Notes: generated from the letters alone by a model not told the origin. Counted from the first letter of the stretch, positions 29,469 through 41,096 are shown. The stretch: DNA of 64,000 nucleotides from an uncultured bacterium (GCA_903859215.1 CAIOLW010000219.1:25522-89521), one strand, 5' to 3'. A program made the numbers and translations.

Positions 29469-31325
29469 ATGCTTACGGAGAAAACAGTGCCCTGTCACGT
29501 CGCCGACAGGTCCTCAAGGGCACCATCCCGTGCCCGAGGGCGGCCCCCACGCCCAGCGTGCGCGCCCCTTGTCCTGGCGGCGGTTCTGGTGGCGTGCCTG
29601 CTCGCGGCCCTGCCCGCCAGCGCGTTGATCCGCTACGATTTCGAACAGAAGTACTTCAGCCACCCGGGGCGCCAAGTCTGGGACTTCAGTATCGTTCGCG
29701 CCGACGGCGTCTACCATATCTTTTACCACACGATCCCCTTGGCCACGCCCACTGCCACGGCCGCCGACACGATCTGGCACGCCAAGAGTCCCGACCTGCG
29801 GCACTGGGGTTCGCGGACGCCGATCCTGGTGACCGCCGACGGGTCCCCGTGGGAACGGGGTGCATCCTGGGCCCCTTCAGTGGAGCGCGACGACGACAAC
29901 AACCGCTGGGTGATGCTCTACACCGGATGCGACTCCCTGATGAACCAGCGCATCGGGCTCGCCACGTCGCCCGACCTCGAGACATGGAAGCGCGCAGCCG
30001 ACGACCCGGTCATCACCCCGGACACGACGCAGTACATCTGGAGCGCGGCGCAGGGCTGGAGTGATTTCCGCGACCCGTTCGTGTATCGGCAGGACGGGTT
30101 GTGGCACACGCTGGCCACCGCGAAGAAGCTCGTCGGCGGCGTGCCGACGGGCGTGATCTACCACGGCACGTCGCCGGACATGGTCAACTGGACCGACGTC
30201 GGCCCCATCTTCCAGAACAACGGTTCGCAGCCAGGCAAGGTGCTCGAGAGCTCGCAGTATGTGACCATCGGCAACTGGCACCACCTGCTGTTCGGCGTGT
30301 TCGACGCAGTCGGCGTGACCATCCTGTCGGCCACCGACCCCTCCGGCTGGACGATGGCCAACGCGCGCCTGCTCGACAACGGGTACGCCCCGGAAGTGGA
30401 CACGTTCGACCCGGGCGTCAACGTGTACTCGCGCCTGGCGAACTTCCAGTTGCCGCCCGGGGGCGGCACGGGTTACGTCGTGCGCCTGGACACGCTGCGC
30501 ACGAACGCCGACGGTTCGAATCCCACGGTCTGGAAGCCCCATCCGCTGGATGCGGACTGGGCGGTGCGCACAGGACTATCGACGCTCGGCGGGCCGACGT
30601 TCGGCGACAACCCGCTCTACCACAGCGAGCCGACGAGCGGGCTCGTGGGCACGGGCTACTTCGGCAGCCGCGACTACTACCCCGGGCCGCTGTCGGGCCG
30701 GGGCGCGCCCGGCGTGAACCTCGGCGACGCCGTCACCGGGCGCCTCGAGAGCCGGCCGTTCACCGTGACGGGCACGCGCATCATTCTACTGGTCGGCGGC
30801 GGCTACTATCCGGCCACGTGCTACGTGGCCCTGGTCGACGCGACCGACGGGACGATCCTGCGCAGCGAGACCGGGCGCGGCGACGTGACGATGAGCCCGC
30901 GCGAGTGGCACCTCGACGACCTGCAGGGCCGCCTCTGCCGCATCGTCATCGCCGACGACGAGGCCGGTCCCGGCGGATTCATCTATGTCGACGAGATCGA
31001 GGAGCTGCTGGACGGGCCGGTGGCCGTGCCGCCCGGCCGCGTTTCCGGCCTGGCGGCGCTCGCCATCTCGCCCAACCCGGCCAACCCGGCTGCGCGGATC
31101 GGCTTCGACCTGGACCGGCCCGGCCCGGTGGACGTGACCGTCTACGACCTGCGCGGACGACGCGTCTGGGCCAGCGGGCCGCGGTGGCAGGCGGCGGGCC
31201 ATGTCTCGGTCCTGTGGGCGGGCATCGGGACGGACGGACGGGCGGCCCCCTCGGGCGGCTACCTGGTGCGCGTGACCGACGACCGCGGCGCCACCCTGAG
31301 CGGGCGCCTGACGCTGCTCAAGTAA
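29469..31325 (+). CDS. Secreted five-bladed beta-propeller glycoside hydrolase (GH32/43/68-type, clan GH-J/F) with C-terminal T9SS/FlgD-Ig-like sorting domain
   Basis: WSDFRDPFVY (RDP motif), N-terminal VWDFSIVRADGVYHIFYH propeller start, central beta-sandwich. C-terminal …ISPNPANPAARIGFDLDRPGPVDVTVYDLRGRRVW…SGGYLVRV. Alternative GTG start at 29487 with GGAGA RBS. Confidence 0.6.
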   Translation: MLTEKTVPCHVADRSSRAPSRARGRPPRPACAPLVLAAVLVACLLAALPASALIRYDFEQKYFSHPGRQVWDFSIVRADGVYHIFYHTIPLATPTATAADTIWHAKSPDLRHWGSRTPILVTADGSPWERGASWAPSVERDDDNNRWVMLYTGCDSLMNQRIGLATSPDLETWKRAADDPVITPDTTQYIWSAAQGWSDFRDPFVYRQDGLWHTLATAKKLVGGVPTGVIYHGTSPDMVNWTDVGPIFQNNGSQPGKVLESSQYVTIGNWHHLLFGVFDAVGVTILSATDPSGWTMANARLLDNGYAPEVDTFDPGVNVYSRLANFQLPPGGGTGYVVRLDTLRTNADGSNPTVWKPHPLDADWAVRTGLSTLGGPTFGDNPLYHSEPTSGLVGTGYFGSRDYYPGPLSGRGAPGVNLGDAVTGRLESRPFTVTGTRIILLVGGGYYPATCYVALVDATDGTILRSETGRGDVTMSPREWHLDDLQGRLCRIVIADDEAGPGGFIYVDEIEELLDGPVAVPPGRVSGLAALAISPNPANPAARIGFDLDRPGPVDVTVYDLRGRRVWASGPRWQAAGHVSVLWAGIGTDGRAAPSGGYLVRVTDDRGATLSGRLTLLK

Positions 31326-31373
31326 TTGCGGGAAATCGCTTAACGCGGGCCGATCCCGGCCGATCCCGCCCCC

Positions 31374-33122
31374 ATGGACAATGCTACCTCACGCACGTTC
31401 GTGGCCGACCTTGTCGGCCGCGTCGGCAGCCTCCCTTCGGTGGCCGCCCAGGTCGTCAGCCTGGCCTCCGACCCGCAGTGCGACGTCGGCAAGCTGGCGC
31501 GCGTCATCATGAGCGACAACGCCATGTCGGTGCGTTTCCTGGCGCTGGGCAACTCGGCAGCCGTGTCGCACGGCCGCGAGATCCGGAACCTGCGGACGGC
31601 GCTGATGCGCCTGGGGCTTCGTCGGGTGCGCAACGTCGCGCTCCTGATGGGCATGCACGACATGGTACCGACCGGCGCCGACAGCCAGTGGCTGGACGCG
31701 CAGGACTTCTGGCGGTTCAACCTCGCGACGGCCAGTTGCGCGCAGGGCCTTGCGTGGCTGCGGCGGACGCCGCACGACGAGGACGCCTGGCTGGCCGGCA
31801 TCCTCCACGCCATCGGCCTGGCTGCCATGTCGCAACGCGCGGCCCCGGACATGGTGCGCGCCGCTGAACTCGCGCGCGCGAAGCGCATTACCCTGGCCCA
31901 GGCGGAAATGCTCATCTTCGATTTCCACCACGGCGAGGTGGGCGGGCGACTGCTGCGCGAATGGAACCTGCCGGAAATCTTCATCGACGCCGTCGAGTAC
32001 CTGCCCGAGGAGTTCGAGGATGGCGAACTGCCTGCCGAGACCGTGGCCCTGGTGAAAGTGCTGCGCGATGCGGTGCTGACCGTCCGCGCGATCGGCTTCG
32101 GCGACAACGGCGACGGCGGCGAGCCCTGCCGTCCCGAGGACCTGGCGGGCCTGCTGGGACTCGCCGAGCCGGCCATGCAGGCGCTGGCCGACAAGGTCGA
32201 CCGCGAGGTGCAGGAGATCTCGCGCCTGATCGGCCTGGAAGTGCCGGCAGACCTCTTCGCCGCCACGCTCGCGAAATCGCAGGAGGTCGTCACGCGGCTC
32301 GGCCTCGAGGGACTCGATGAGACGCTGGCCCGCGAGGACCTCGAGCAGCAGATGAGCGCTGCCCGCGAGATCCAGCAGCGCCTGCTGCCGCGCGAACTGC
32401 CCTTGCTGCCGGGCCACCGCCTCGCCGCAACCAACGTGCCCTCGCTGCACTGCAGCGGCGACACGTACGACTGCCTGCGGATGCGCGACGGCGCGGTCGG
32501 ACTCTCCATCGCGGACGTCTCGGGCAAGGGTATGCCGGCCGCGCTGCTGACCGGCACGCTGCAGGCCAGCCTGCGCGCGCTCGCGCGCGTGTCCGACGAC
32601 CCGGGCCAACTGCTCGAGGCGGCGAACGACGCGTTGTACGAGAGCACGGATCCCGAGCGGTTCGCGACGCTCTTCCTGGCCGTGCTGTCCCCGGATGGCG
32701 GCTTCCGCTACGCCAGCGCCGGGCACAACCCGCCCCTGCTGCTGCGGGCCGACGGCCGCGCGCAGTGGCTCAAGCCCGCCGGCACGCCCCTGGGCATGAT
32801 CCCCGAGATGACCTACCCCGTGTTCCCGGTCGCCATGGGGCCGGGCGACCTGATGGTCGCCTACACGGACGGTGTGACGGAGGCCATGGCGCCGGACGGC
32901 ACCGAATTCGGCGAAGCCGGCCTCGAGTCGGCCGTGCGCGCGGCCGCCGCCGGGGGCCCGCAGGCCATCATCGACCGGTTGCTCGACGACCTGGCGAGGC
33001 ACCTCAACCGCGTCGGCAGCGAGACGGCAGCCGAGCGGCTGCTGGGCGGCCACGCTGTCCGTTCGGGGCTCGCGGCGGCCGGCGACGACATCACCGTCAT
33101 GGTGCTCGCGCGCGACGTCTGA
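31374..33122 (+). CDS. HDOD-domain protein fused to PP2C/SpoIIE-type Ser/Thr phosphatase
   Basis: N-terminal HDOD (…FLALGNSAAVSH…GLRRVRNVALLMGM…). C-terminal PPM motifs (SGDTYDC…ADVSGKGMPAAL…AGHNPPLL…AYTDGVTEA…DDITVMVL). Confidence 0.75.
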   Translation: MDNATSRTFVADLVGRVGSLPSVAAQVVSLASDPQCDVGKLARVIMSDNAMSVRFLALGNSAAVSHGREIRNLRTALMRLGLRRVRNVALLMGMHDMVPTGADSQWLDAQDFWRFNLATASCAQGLAWLRRTPHDEDAWLAGILHAIGLAAMSQRAAPDMVRAAELARAKRITLAQAEMLIFDFHHGEVGGRLLREWNLPEIFIDAVEYLPEEFEDGELPAETVALVKVLRDAVLTVRAIGFGDNGDGGEPCRPEDLAGLLGLAEPAMQALADKVDREVQEISRLIGLEVPADLFAATLAKSQEVVTRLGLEGLDETLAREDLEQQMSAAREIQQRLLPRELPLLPGHRLAATNVPSLHCSGDTYDCLRMRDGAVGLSIADVSGKGMPAALLTGTLQASLRALARVSDDPGQLLEAANDALYESTDPERFATLFLAVLSPDGGFRYASAGHNPPLLLRADGRAQWLKPAGTPLGMIPEMTYPVFPVAMGPGDLMVAYTDGVTEAMAPDGTEFGEAGLESAVRAAAAGGPQAIIDRLLDDLARHLNRVGSETAAERLLGGHAVRSGLAAAGDDITVMVLARDV

Positions 33123-33206
33123 CGGTTCCCGCGTATTTGACCCCGCCTCCGTCCGCGCATAACATGGTTGCGGAACCAGCTGTCCCCGATTCGCCGGAGC
33201 CGCCCC

Positions 33207-33875
33207 ATGAGCAACAGCCAGACCGTCCCCCACCGCCATGGCGCGGCCTACACGCTCGGCCAGGAAATCGCCCATGCGATCTCGCACGGCGCCGGCGCCC
33301 TGCTCGGCGTGGCGGCCCTGGTCCTTCTGGTCTGGCGCGGCGTCCAGGTCCATGACCCCTGGCGCATCGTCGCCGGGGCCATCTATGGCAGCAGCGTGAT
33401 CCTGCTGTTCGGCGCCTCGGCGATGTATCATGCCCTGCGCCCGGGACGCGCCAAGCAGGTGTTCCAGGCGCTCGACCACGCCGCCATCTACCTGCTGATC
33501 GCAGGGACCTACACGCCGTTCGCGCTGGTCACCCTCCGTGGGCCGTGGGGCTGGTCCCTGCTGGGCATCGTCTGGGCACTGTCGGCCGGCGGCATCGTGT
33601 TCGAGGTGGTGGTCAGGCGCCGCTTCCTGCGTAAACTGTCGCTGGCGCTGTACCTTGCCCTCGGCTGGCTGGCGGTCGTCGTCGCGGTGCCCCTGGTCCG
33701 GCACCTGCCGGCCCCCGGCCCGTTGCTGCTCCTGGTCGGCGGGCTGCTCTACAGCGGCGGCGCCGGCATCTATGCCGCCCCGAAACTGCCCTGGAACCAC
33801 GCCATCTGGCACGTTTTCGTGCTGGCGGCCGCCATCGTCCACTTCTTCTGCGTCTACACCTGCGTGATGCGCTGA
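33207..33875 (+). CDS. Hemolysin-III / PAQR-family membrane protein
   Basis: Seven TM helices with conserved His motifs (HAISHGAG…YHALRP…HAAIYLLIAGTYTPF…NHAIWHVFV). Confidence 0.85.
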   Translation: MSNSQTVPHRHGAAYTLGQEIAHAISHGAGALLGVAALVLLVWRGVQVHDPWRIVAGAIYGSSVILLFGASAMYHALRPGRAKQVFQALDHAAIYLLIAGTYTPFALVTLRGPWGWSLLGIVWALSAGGIVFEVVVRRRFLRKLSLALYLALGWLAVVVAVPLVRHLPAPGPLLLLVGGLLYSGGAGIYAAPKLPWNHAIWHVFVLAAAIVHFFCVYTCVMR

Positions 33876-33954
33876 CGGACGGCGGCGCCCGGTTTCCGGG
33901 CGCCCCGGGCAGGCAGGCGGAAACCGGTGGCCCTGTGGGCGCGCCAACCGGTTT

Positions 33955-33964
33955 GTGCTATACT
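33955..33964 (+). promoter_or_regulatory. Extended -10 element TGcTATACT upstream of S1-domain gene
   Basis: Read from sequence; weak -35. Preceded by GC hairpin GCGCCCGG-ttt-CCGGGCGC (33906-33924). Confidence 0.25.
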
Positions 33965-34052
33965 CTCCCGATCGCCATCCAGCGGCCGGCCGGATGGCCG
34001 GTGTGCCGTGCTCGTTCCCGGCCACTCACCGCACTCGCGAACAGGATCCGAC

Positions 34053-35213
34053 ATGACCAGCGAACCGAACGACTTCCAGGAACCCGCCCCCGCTCCCGAT
34101 CCCATCCACGCCGTCCCGGCGCCCAACGATGACGAGCCCTCCACCGAGTTCGCCGCCCTGCTGGCGGACGAGGCGGCTGCGGCGGTCAGCGAGCCCAAGG
34201 CGGGCGACAAGGCGACCGGCACCATCATCCAGATCACGGACAGCGAAGCCTTCGTCGACTGCGGCGGCCGCAACGAGCTGCCCTTGTCGCTGGACGAGAT
34301 CAGGGACGAGAGCGGGACCCTCACGCACAAGGTGGGCGACCAGATTTCGGGTCACCTCGCCAAGGGCAAGGACGGGGTGCTGAAGTTCACGCTGGCGATC
34401 AACCTGCGCGAGGCGGGCAAGCGCGCGCTGGCCGATGCGTTCGCCAGCGGCACACCGGTCGAAGGCAAAGTCGGCGAGACGAACAAGGGCGGCTTCTCGA
34501 TCAGCCTCGGCGGCGTGCGCGCCTTCTGCCCGTTCAGCCAGATCGACCTGCGCCGCGCCGACGACCCGAGCATCTTCGTGGGCAAGTCGTTCAAGTTCAA
34601 GGTCGTCGAATTGTCCGAGGACGGGCGCAATGTGGTCGTATCGCGGCGCGCCTTCCTGCAGGAACATCGCGACACCGAAGCGACCCAGACGCGCCAGGCG
34701 TTGTCGCTGGGCGATGAGCGCGACGGCATCGTGACGCGCCTGGTGCCGTTCGGCGCCTTCATCGACATCGGCGGCATCGAGGGCCTCGTGCACATCTCGC
34801 AGATCTCGCACCAGCGCGTGGCCAACCCGGCCGACGTGCTCAGCGAGGGGCAGGCGGTGAAGGTCAAGGTACTGGAGATCCAGAACCTGGGCGGCGGGCG
34901 CAACGAACGCATCAGCCTGTCGATCAAGGCCCTGGCCAGCGATCCCTGGCCGACCACGGCTTCCTCGCTGGCGCCGGGCGCCGACGTGCAGGGCAAGGTC
35001 ACGCGCCTGGTCGACTTCGGCGTCTTCGTCGAGTTGCAGCCCGGCATCGAGGGCCTGATCCACATCTCCGAACTCGCCAACCGCCGGATCGTGCATCCGC
35101 GCGAGGTGGTCAACGAGGACGATGAGATCACCGTGCGCGTGCTGGAGGTGGACCTGGGCCGGCGGCGGATCTCGCTGTCGCGCAAGCAGGCCTCGGACTT
35201 CGAAGGCGACTGA
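34053..35213 (+). CDS. S1 RNA-binding-domain protein (four S1 repeats; short RpsA-like)
   Basis: Four repeats of G.V..I…G.FV.IGG.EGL.H.S(E/Q)… S1 signature. Acidic N-terminal tail. ATG 34053 with AGGA upstream. Confidence 0.75.
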   Translation: MTSEPNDFQEPAPAPDPIHAVPAPNDDEPSTEFAALLADEAAAAVSEPKAGDKATGTIIQITDSEAFVDCGGRNELPLSLDEIRDESGTLTHKVGDQISGHLAKGKDGVLKFTLAINLREAGKRALADAFASGTPVEGKVGETNKGGFSISLGGVRAFCPFSQIDLRRADDPSIFVGKSFKFKVVELSEDGRNVVVSRRAFLQEHRDTEATQTRQALSLGDERDGIVTRLVPFGAFIDIGGIEGLVHISQISHQRVANPADVLSEGQAVKVKVLEIQNLGGGRNERISLSIKALASDPWPTTASSLAPGADVQGKVTRLVDFGVFVELQPGIEGLIHISELANRRIVHPREVVNEDDEITVRVLEVDLGRRRISLSRKQASDFEGD

Positions 35214-35261
35214 GTCGCGCCCGCGCGGCCGCGGCCGTGCCGTTCGGACTGAGGGCCGCTG

Positions 35262-35290
35262 TCATCGTGACGGCGGCCCTTTCATGTTGC
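35262..35290. terminator. GC hairpin AGGGCCGC…GCGGCCCT followed by TTCATGTTG between convergent S1 and cysteine desulfurase genes
   Basis: Inverted repeat read from sequence. Confidence 0.3.
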
Positions 35291-35314
35291 GGGCCCGCCC
35301 CCGGGGCGCAAGGG

Positions 35315-36472
35315 TCAGGCGCGGGCGCGCAAGGCGAGCACCGCGACGGCGATGGTGTCCGCGGCAAAATCGGCATCCTCGATGGTGCTCGTGCGCGCGA
35401 AGCAGAGCCGGAGGCTGGCCGCCGCCAGTTCGCCCGGCACCCCGAGCGCCGCCAGGATGGGCGACGGCTCGTCCGAGCCGGACGAACACGCGGCGCCCGA
35501 CGACACCGCCAACTGGGGCAGCGCCGACAGCAGCCCCGCCCCTTTGATCCCCGCAAATCCGAGGTTCAGGCTGCCCGGCAGCCGCCGCGCACGATCGCCA
35601 TGGAGCGTGACGCCGGGCAGGAGGCCCCAAAGCCGTTCCAGGAAGCGGTCGCCGAGCGCCCGCAGGTGAGCAGCATCCGCGTCCAGACGGGTGGCCGCGA
35701 GTCGGCACGCCTCGCCAAAGCCGGCGATGCCGGCGACGTCCGGAGTCCCCGGGCGCAGGCCCCGCTCCTGGCCACCGCCATGGCACAGGGGCGCCAGCGT
35801 GACGCGCGGGTCGCGGCGACGCGCGTACAGCGCGCCGACCCCTTTCGGGCCGTACATCTTGTGCGCCGAGAGCGCCATCAGCGCGACGCCGTCACGGGCT
35901 GCATCGACGGGCACACGGCCCGCGGCCTGCGCGGCATCACACATGAGCGGCACGCCCCGCTCGCGGCAGATCTCGCCGATCCGCGCGACGGGCTGCAGCG
36001 TCCCGATCTCGTTCTGGGCCGCGAGGCAGCACACGAGCCGCGTGTCCTCCCGCATGGCCGCCGCGATGTCGTCCGGATCCATGACGCCCGCTGCCCCGAC
36101 GCCGACGGTCGTCACCTGCCAGCCGCGACCAGCGAGCCAATCCAGCGGCGCGCGAACGGCGGCATGTTCGAGGACCGTGGAGACGACATGGCCGGGCGTG
36201 CCCACCGCCGCGGCCAGTCCCAGCACGGCCAGATTCGCCGCCTCGGTGGCGCCACCGGTGAAGACGATCTCGCGCGGGGAAACGCGCGCCAGCGAAGCCA
36301 CGTGCTCGCGCGCGTCCTCGACCACCTTGGCGGCCGCCCAGCCGAAGGCATGGCCGGCGCTGGCGGGATTGCCGTAATGGTCCCGGGCAATGCGCTGCAT
36401 CACCTCGAGCACCGCGGGGTCCGGCGCCGTCGAGGCGTGGTTGTCCAGGTACACGGGCGTGCGCACGGCCAC
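35315..36472 (-). CDS. Cysteine desulfurase (class V aminotransferase, NifS/IscS-like)
   Basis: VYLDNHAST N-terminus, SAHKMYGPKGVGALY PLP-lysine motif, SSGAACSSG active-site Cys loop. Confidence 0.85.
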   Translation of the reverse strand: MAVRTPVYLDNHASTAPDPAVLEVMQRIARDHYGNPASAGHAFGWAAAKVVEDAREHVASLARVSPREIVFTGGATEAANLAVLGLAAAVGTPGHVVSTVLEHAAVRAPLDWLAGRGWQVTTVGVGAAGVMDPDDIAAAMREDTRLVCCLAAQNEIGTLQPVARIGEICRERGVPLMCDAAQAAGRVPVDAARDGVALMALSAHKMYGPKGVGALYARRRDPRVTLAPLCHGGGQERGLRPGTPDVAGIAGFGEACRLAATRLDADAAHLRALGDRFLERLWGLLPGVTLHGDRARRLPGSLNLGFAGIKGAGLLSALPQLAVSSGAACSSGSDEPSPILAALGVPGELAAASLRLCFARTSTIEDADFAADTIAVAVLALRARA

Positions 36473-36495
36473 CGCGATTCCCCTGCGGTTGGGGT

Positions 36496-37455
<960 letters not shown>

Positions 37456-37727
37456 GCCACTTCCTTGCCACCCGGGCCGGTCAGGCGCGGGACCTGTCGC
37501 CAATCTTGCCCAACCCGGCCCTTTCGGCAAGCCCGTCGACAACCCGCACCGGCGCAAGAGGGGTTGGGTGTGGACTTTCCGGGATCAGGAACGTACTATT
37601 CCCCTGTTGGCAAGACGGCCATGGCCGCGTTGCGGGCTGAAGGATCCCCGCCGCCGAAGGGCGAAGGTCACCACTGCGATGCGCCGTCCCGTCCTCCCCA
37701 CCAGCTGAACGTGAGGATGACCCAGGA

Positions 37728-38978
37728 ATGAACAGTTTCGGTTCCGCCCCCCTGGGCGCAAAGGGACCGGCCGGACGGCCGTTCCGCGCCGCTCATATCG
37801 CCCTGTGCCTTCTGGCCGTGTGCCTGCTTCCGGCGCTGGCGTTCCTCGGTTCCTGCTCCTCGAAAGGCAGCGACCCGACATTCACCGATCCCCCGACACC
37901 CCCGACGCAGGACTGGCTCTTCGACGTCAACGGTACGGCCGCCGATGATGTCTACGCCTGCGGCGCCAAGGGCGCGATGTTCCATTTCGACGGGACCGCC
38001 TGGTCCGCCGTCGCGATGAACACCGCCGACCCCATCGTCCGCATGTGGAAGGAAGACGCCGGCAGCGCGCTCTACGCTGTCGGCCACAAGGGCCGCATCT
38101 GGCGGAACACGGCCGGGTCGTGGTCGGGCATGGACAGCGGCACGACCAAGAACCTCTACGGCATCGGCGCCCTCGAGGGCGTCGTGCACGCCGTGGGACA
38201 GGACGGCGCGATTTGCCGCCTGTCCGGTTCGACGTGGTCGCCGGTGACCGGGCGCATGTTCCTGCTGAACGAGAACAACGTGCCCACCGACACGCTGCAG
38301 GTTGCCGAGGACATCGCCTCGCTGGTGACGGTGAACAACTACTTCCTTGGCGGCGCCTACCGTGATCCCGACTACACGGGCACGCGGGTCGGAGTCTACG
38401 GCACGCGCGGCATGGTGCTCGCCCCGAACAGCGACCCGCAGTTCGTCGGCCCGTGGATCCTGCGCCCGATCAGCGGCGAGCAGATCGTCCCCCACGAGTG
38501 GGTTCTGTGCACGACGTCGGACCCCGCCGTGCTGAGCCGCAATTTCCTGGGCACCTCCGAGGGCTGGCTGTTCAAGCTCACGCGCGACGACAACGGCAAG
38601 AACGTCTGGCAGAAGTTCTACCCGTCGCTGACGGTCGACCCGGGTTCGGGCGTCAACGACATCTGGGTGGACGATGCAGGCAATGCCTACATCGTCACCG
38701 ACGAAGGCCAGGTCGTGTTCCAGACCGCCGACTACGACTACAGCGCGCACACGGGCCGCCGCGCGGTGCTGTACGACAACGTCGAGCGCCTGACCGGCAT
38801 CTGGGGCACCGGGCCGGACAACCTGTGGTTCGTCGGCTTCCGCGAGGGCACGATCCTCCACGGTGTCCACAACCAGGCCAACGACCAGTTCGTCGTCACC
38901 TCGACGCCGGTGACGTTCCCCGCCAAGAGCGCGGGGCCCGCCATGGCGACCGACCACCTCGGGCGCCCGCTGAACTGA
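37728..38978 (+). CDS. Lipoprotein with Ycf48/BNR-like beta-propeller repeats
   Basis: Lipobox AFLGSC. Repeated ..Y(A/V)(V/C)G..G.I……W.. units. Confidence 0.55.
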   Translation: MNSFGSAPLGAKGPAGRPFRAAHIALCLLAVCLLPALAFLGSCSSKGSDPTFTDPPTPPTQDWLFDVNGTAADDVYACGAKGAMFHFDGTAWSAVAMNTADPIVRMWKEDAGSALYAVGHKGRIWRNTAGSWSGMDSGTTKNLYGIGALEGVVHAVGQDGAICRLSGSTWSPVTGRMFLLNENNVPTDTLQVAEDIASLVTVNNYFLGGAYRDPDYTGTRVGVYGTRGMVLAPNSDPQFVGPWILRPISGEQIVPHEWVLCTTSDPAVLSRNFLGTSEGWLFKLTRDDNGKNVWQKFYPSLTVDPGSGVNDIWVDDAGNAYIVTDEGQVVFQTADYDYSAHTGRRAVLYDNVERLTGIWGTGPDNLWFVGFREGTILHGVHNQANDQFVVTSTPVTFPAKSAGPAMATDHLGRPLN

Positions 38979-39086
38979 GTTTTCCCCGGACGGGGCGGCG
39001 CAGGCCGCCCCGTCTTTTTCTCCCCGACACCGCCGCCCCTGGGCGGCCGGCACCTGGCCCCGCGCAAACTTTCCGGAGGTCTTTCG

Positions 39087-41018
39087 ATGTCCCATCCGTC
39101 AAGCCGTCGCCTGACCGGCGTCGTCGTGGTCCTGGCGCTGGGCGCCTGCCTGGCCGTCAGCAGCGCCAGAGCCGAATTCAAGCCTGACCCGTCCGCCAAG
39201 CGCGCGGACATCCCTGCCGATTACCAGTGGAATGCCGGTCACATCTTCGCCGACAAGGCGGCCTGGGAAGCCGAACTGGCGAAGATCGGCGAGGACATCC
39301 CGAAGATCACCGCCTTCAAGGGGCGCCTCGGCGAGTCGGCGGCCACGATGCTCGACTGCCAGACGGCGACGTTCAAGATGTCCGACCGGCTCTACAAGCT
39401 CTACGTCTACGCCCAGCTGCTGTACGACGTGGACCAGGGCAACAGTGAGCATCGCCAGATGCAGGGCCGGGTTGCCGCCATCATGCCGGCGTTCGGCGAG
39501 GCGACGTCCTGGATCCAGCCCGAGCTTCTGGAGATCGACCCCGCGGTCATCAGGAACTTCATGGCCGAGAACAAGGAACTGGCGACCTACAAGTACTACT
39601 TCGACGAGCTCTGGCGGCAGAAGGCCAATACGCTGAGCAGCCCCGAGGAACGCCTGATGGCCCTGACGGGCAACATGCGGGGCACGCCGAGCGACGCGCA
39701 CGAGGCCCTGCTGGGCGTGGACATGAAATTCCCCGAGATCACCAAGGCCGACGGCACGAAGGTTCCCGTGACGGTCAGCGGCTGGTCGGGGCTTCGCTCG
39801 AACGACGACCCCAGCGTCCGCGTACAGGCCCGTGACGCCTTCTTCGGCACGCTGCGCGGCTACGAGAACACGTTCTCGGTGCTGCTCGACGGCGTGGTCA
39901 AGTCGCACATCATGAACAAGGATGCCCGCAAGTACGACTCGTGCCTGGAAGCGGCCCTGTCGCCCGACAACATAAGCCCGGCGGCCTACCGCATGCTGAT
40001 CGCTACGGTGCGCGAGAACCTCCCGCGCACGATGCACAAGTACGTGGACCTGCGGCGCAAGGTCATGAAGATCGACGGCCCGCTGACCTTCCCGAACCTG
40101 TACAACCCGATGATCGCCGGCGTCGAGCCTGAGTACACCTATGAGCAGGCCCGCACGATCGTCGCCGAGGGCCTCCGGCCGCTGGGCAAGGAGTACGGGA
40201 CGATCCTCGCGCAGGGCATGGACCCGAAGAACGGCTGGATCGACATCTACCCGAACGAGGACAAGCGCAGCGGCGCCTACAGCAACGGTTCGGTGGCGCG
40301 CGACATCCACCCGTACGTGCTGCACAACTTCGACAACTCGCTGGACGCCGTCAGCACCACCGCCCACGAGATGGGCCACGCGATGCACTCGGTGTTCTCG
40401 GCGCGCAACCAGCCGCCCGTGTACGCCAACTACACGACGTTCCTGGCCGAGGTCGCCTCGACCTGCAACGAGGCCCTGCTGGCGAACTACCTGCTGGCCA
40501 AGGCCGACGACACGGACATCAAGCTGATGCTGCTGAACCAGCGTCTGGAATCGATACGCCAGACGATCTTCCGCCAGACGCTGTTCGCCGACTTCGAACT
40601 GCGTTTCCATGAGCATGCCGAGCAGGGCAATGCGCTGACGGCCGAGTACCTGAACGGACTCTACGCCGACATGATCAAGGAGTACTACGGGCCGGACTAC
40701 GAACTGGGCAAGGATGACGGCTGCGAGTGGATGTTCATCCCCCACTTCTACTACAACTTCTACGTGTTCACGTACGCGACGGGCCTGACCAGCGGCCTGG
40801 CGCTGGCCGACCAGATCACCGCCACGGGCGACGTCGCGGCGCAGCGCTACATCAACAACATGCTGAAGGCAGGCTCGAGCGCTCCCCCGCTGGATATCCT
40901 CCGCAATGCGGGCGTCGACCTCGAGACCCCGGCGCCGATCGTGTCGGCGATGGACATGTTCGAGCGCACCGTCGACCAGTTCGACCGCCTGTGGACGGCG
41001 AAGTACGGCAAGAAATAG
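39087..41018 (+). CDS. M3-family oligoendopeptidase F (PepF), probable lipoprotein/secreted
   Basis: HEMGHAMH HExxH zinc motif in M3B context; about 640 aa; N-terminal signal with LALGAC lipobox-like motif. Confidence 0.8.
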   Translation: MSHPSSRRLTGVVVVLALGACLAVSSARAEFKPDPSAKRADIPADYQWNAGHIFADKAAWEAELAKIGEDIPKITAFKGRLGESAATMLDCQTATFKMSDRLYKLYVYAQLLYDVDQGNSEHRQMQGRVAAIMPAFGEATSWIQPELLEIDPAVIRNFMAENKELATYKYYFDELWRQKANTLSSPEERLMALTGNMRGTPSDAHEALLGVDMKFPEITKADGTKVPVTVSGWSGLRSNDDPSVRVQARDAFFGTLRGYENTFSVLLDGVVKSHIMNKDARKYDSCLEAALSPDNISPAAYRMLIATVRENLPRTMHKYVDLRRKVMKIDGPLTFPNLYNPMIAGVEPEYTYEQARTIVAEGLRPLGKEYGTILAQGMDPKNGWIDIYPNEDKRSGAYSNGSVARDIHPYVLHNFDNSLDAVSTTAHEMGHAMHSVFSARNQPPVYANYTTFLAEVASTCNEALLANYLLAKADDTDIKLMLLNQRLESIRQTIFRQTLFADFELRFHEHAEQGNALTAEYLNGLYADMIKEYYGPDYELGKDDGCEWMFIPHFYYNFYVFTYATGLTSGLALADQITATGDVAAQRYINNMLKAGSSAPPLDILRNAGVDLETPAPIVSAMDMFERTVDQFDRLWTAKYGKK

Positions 41019-41096
41019 CCGCACGGCTCCACGGATGACGAAGGGCGCCGGGTCCACGACCCGGCGCCCTTGTCTTTTCCGCGATGGCGGCCCCGT

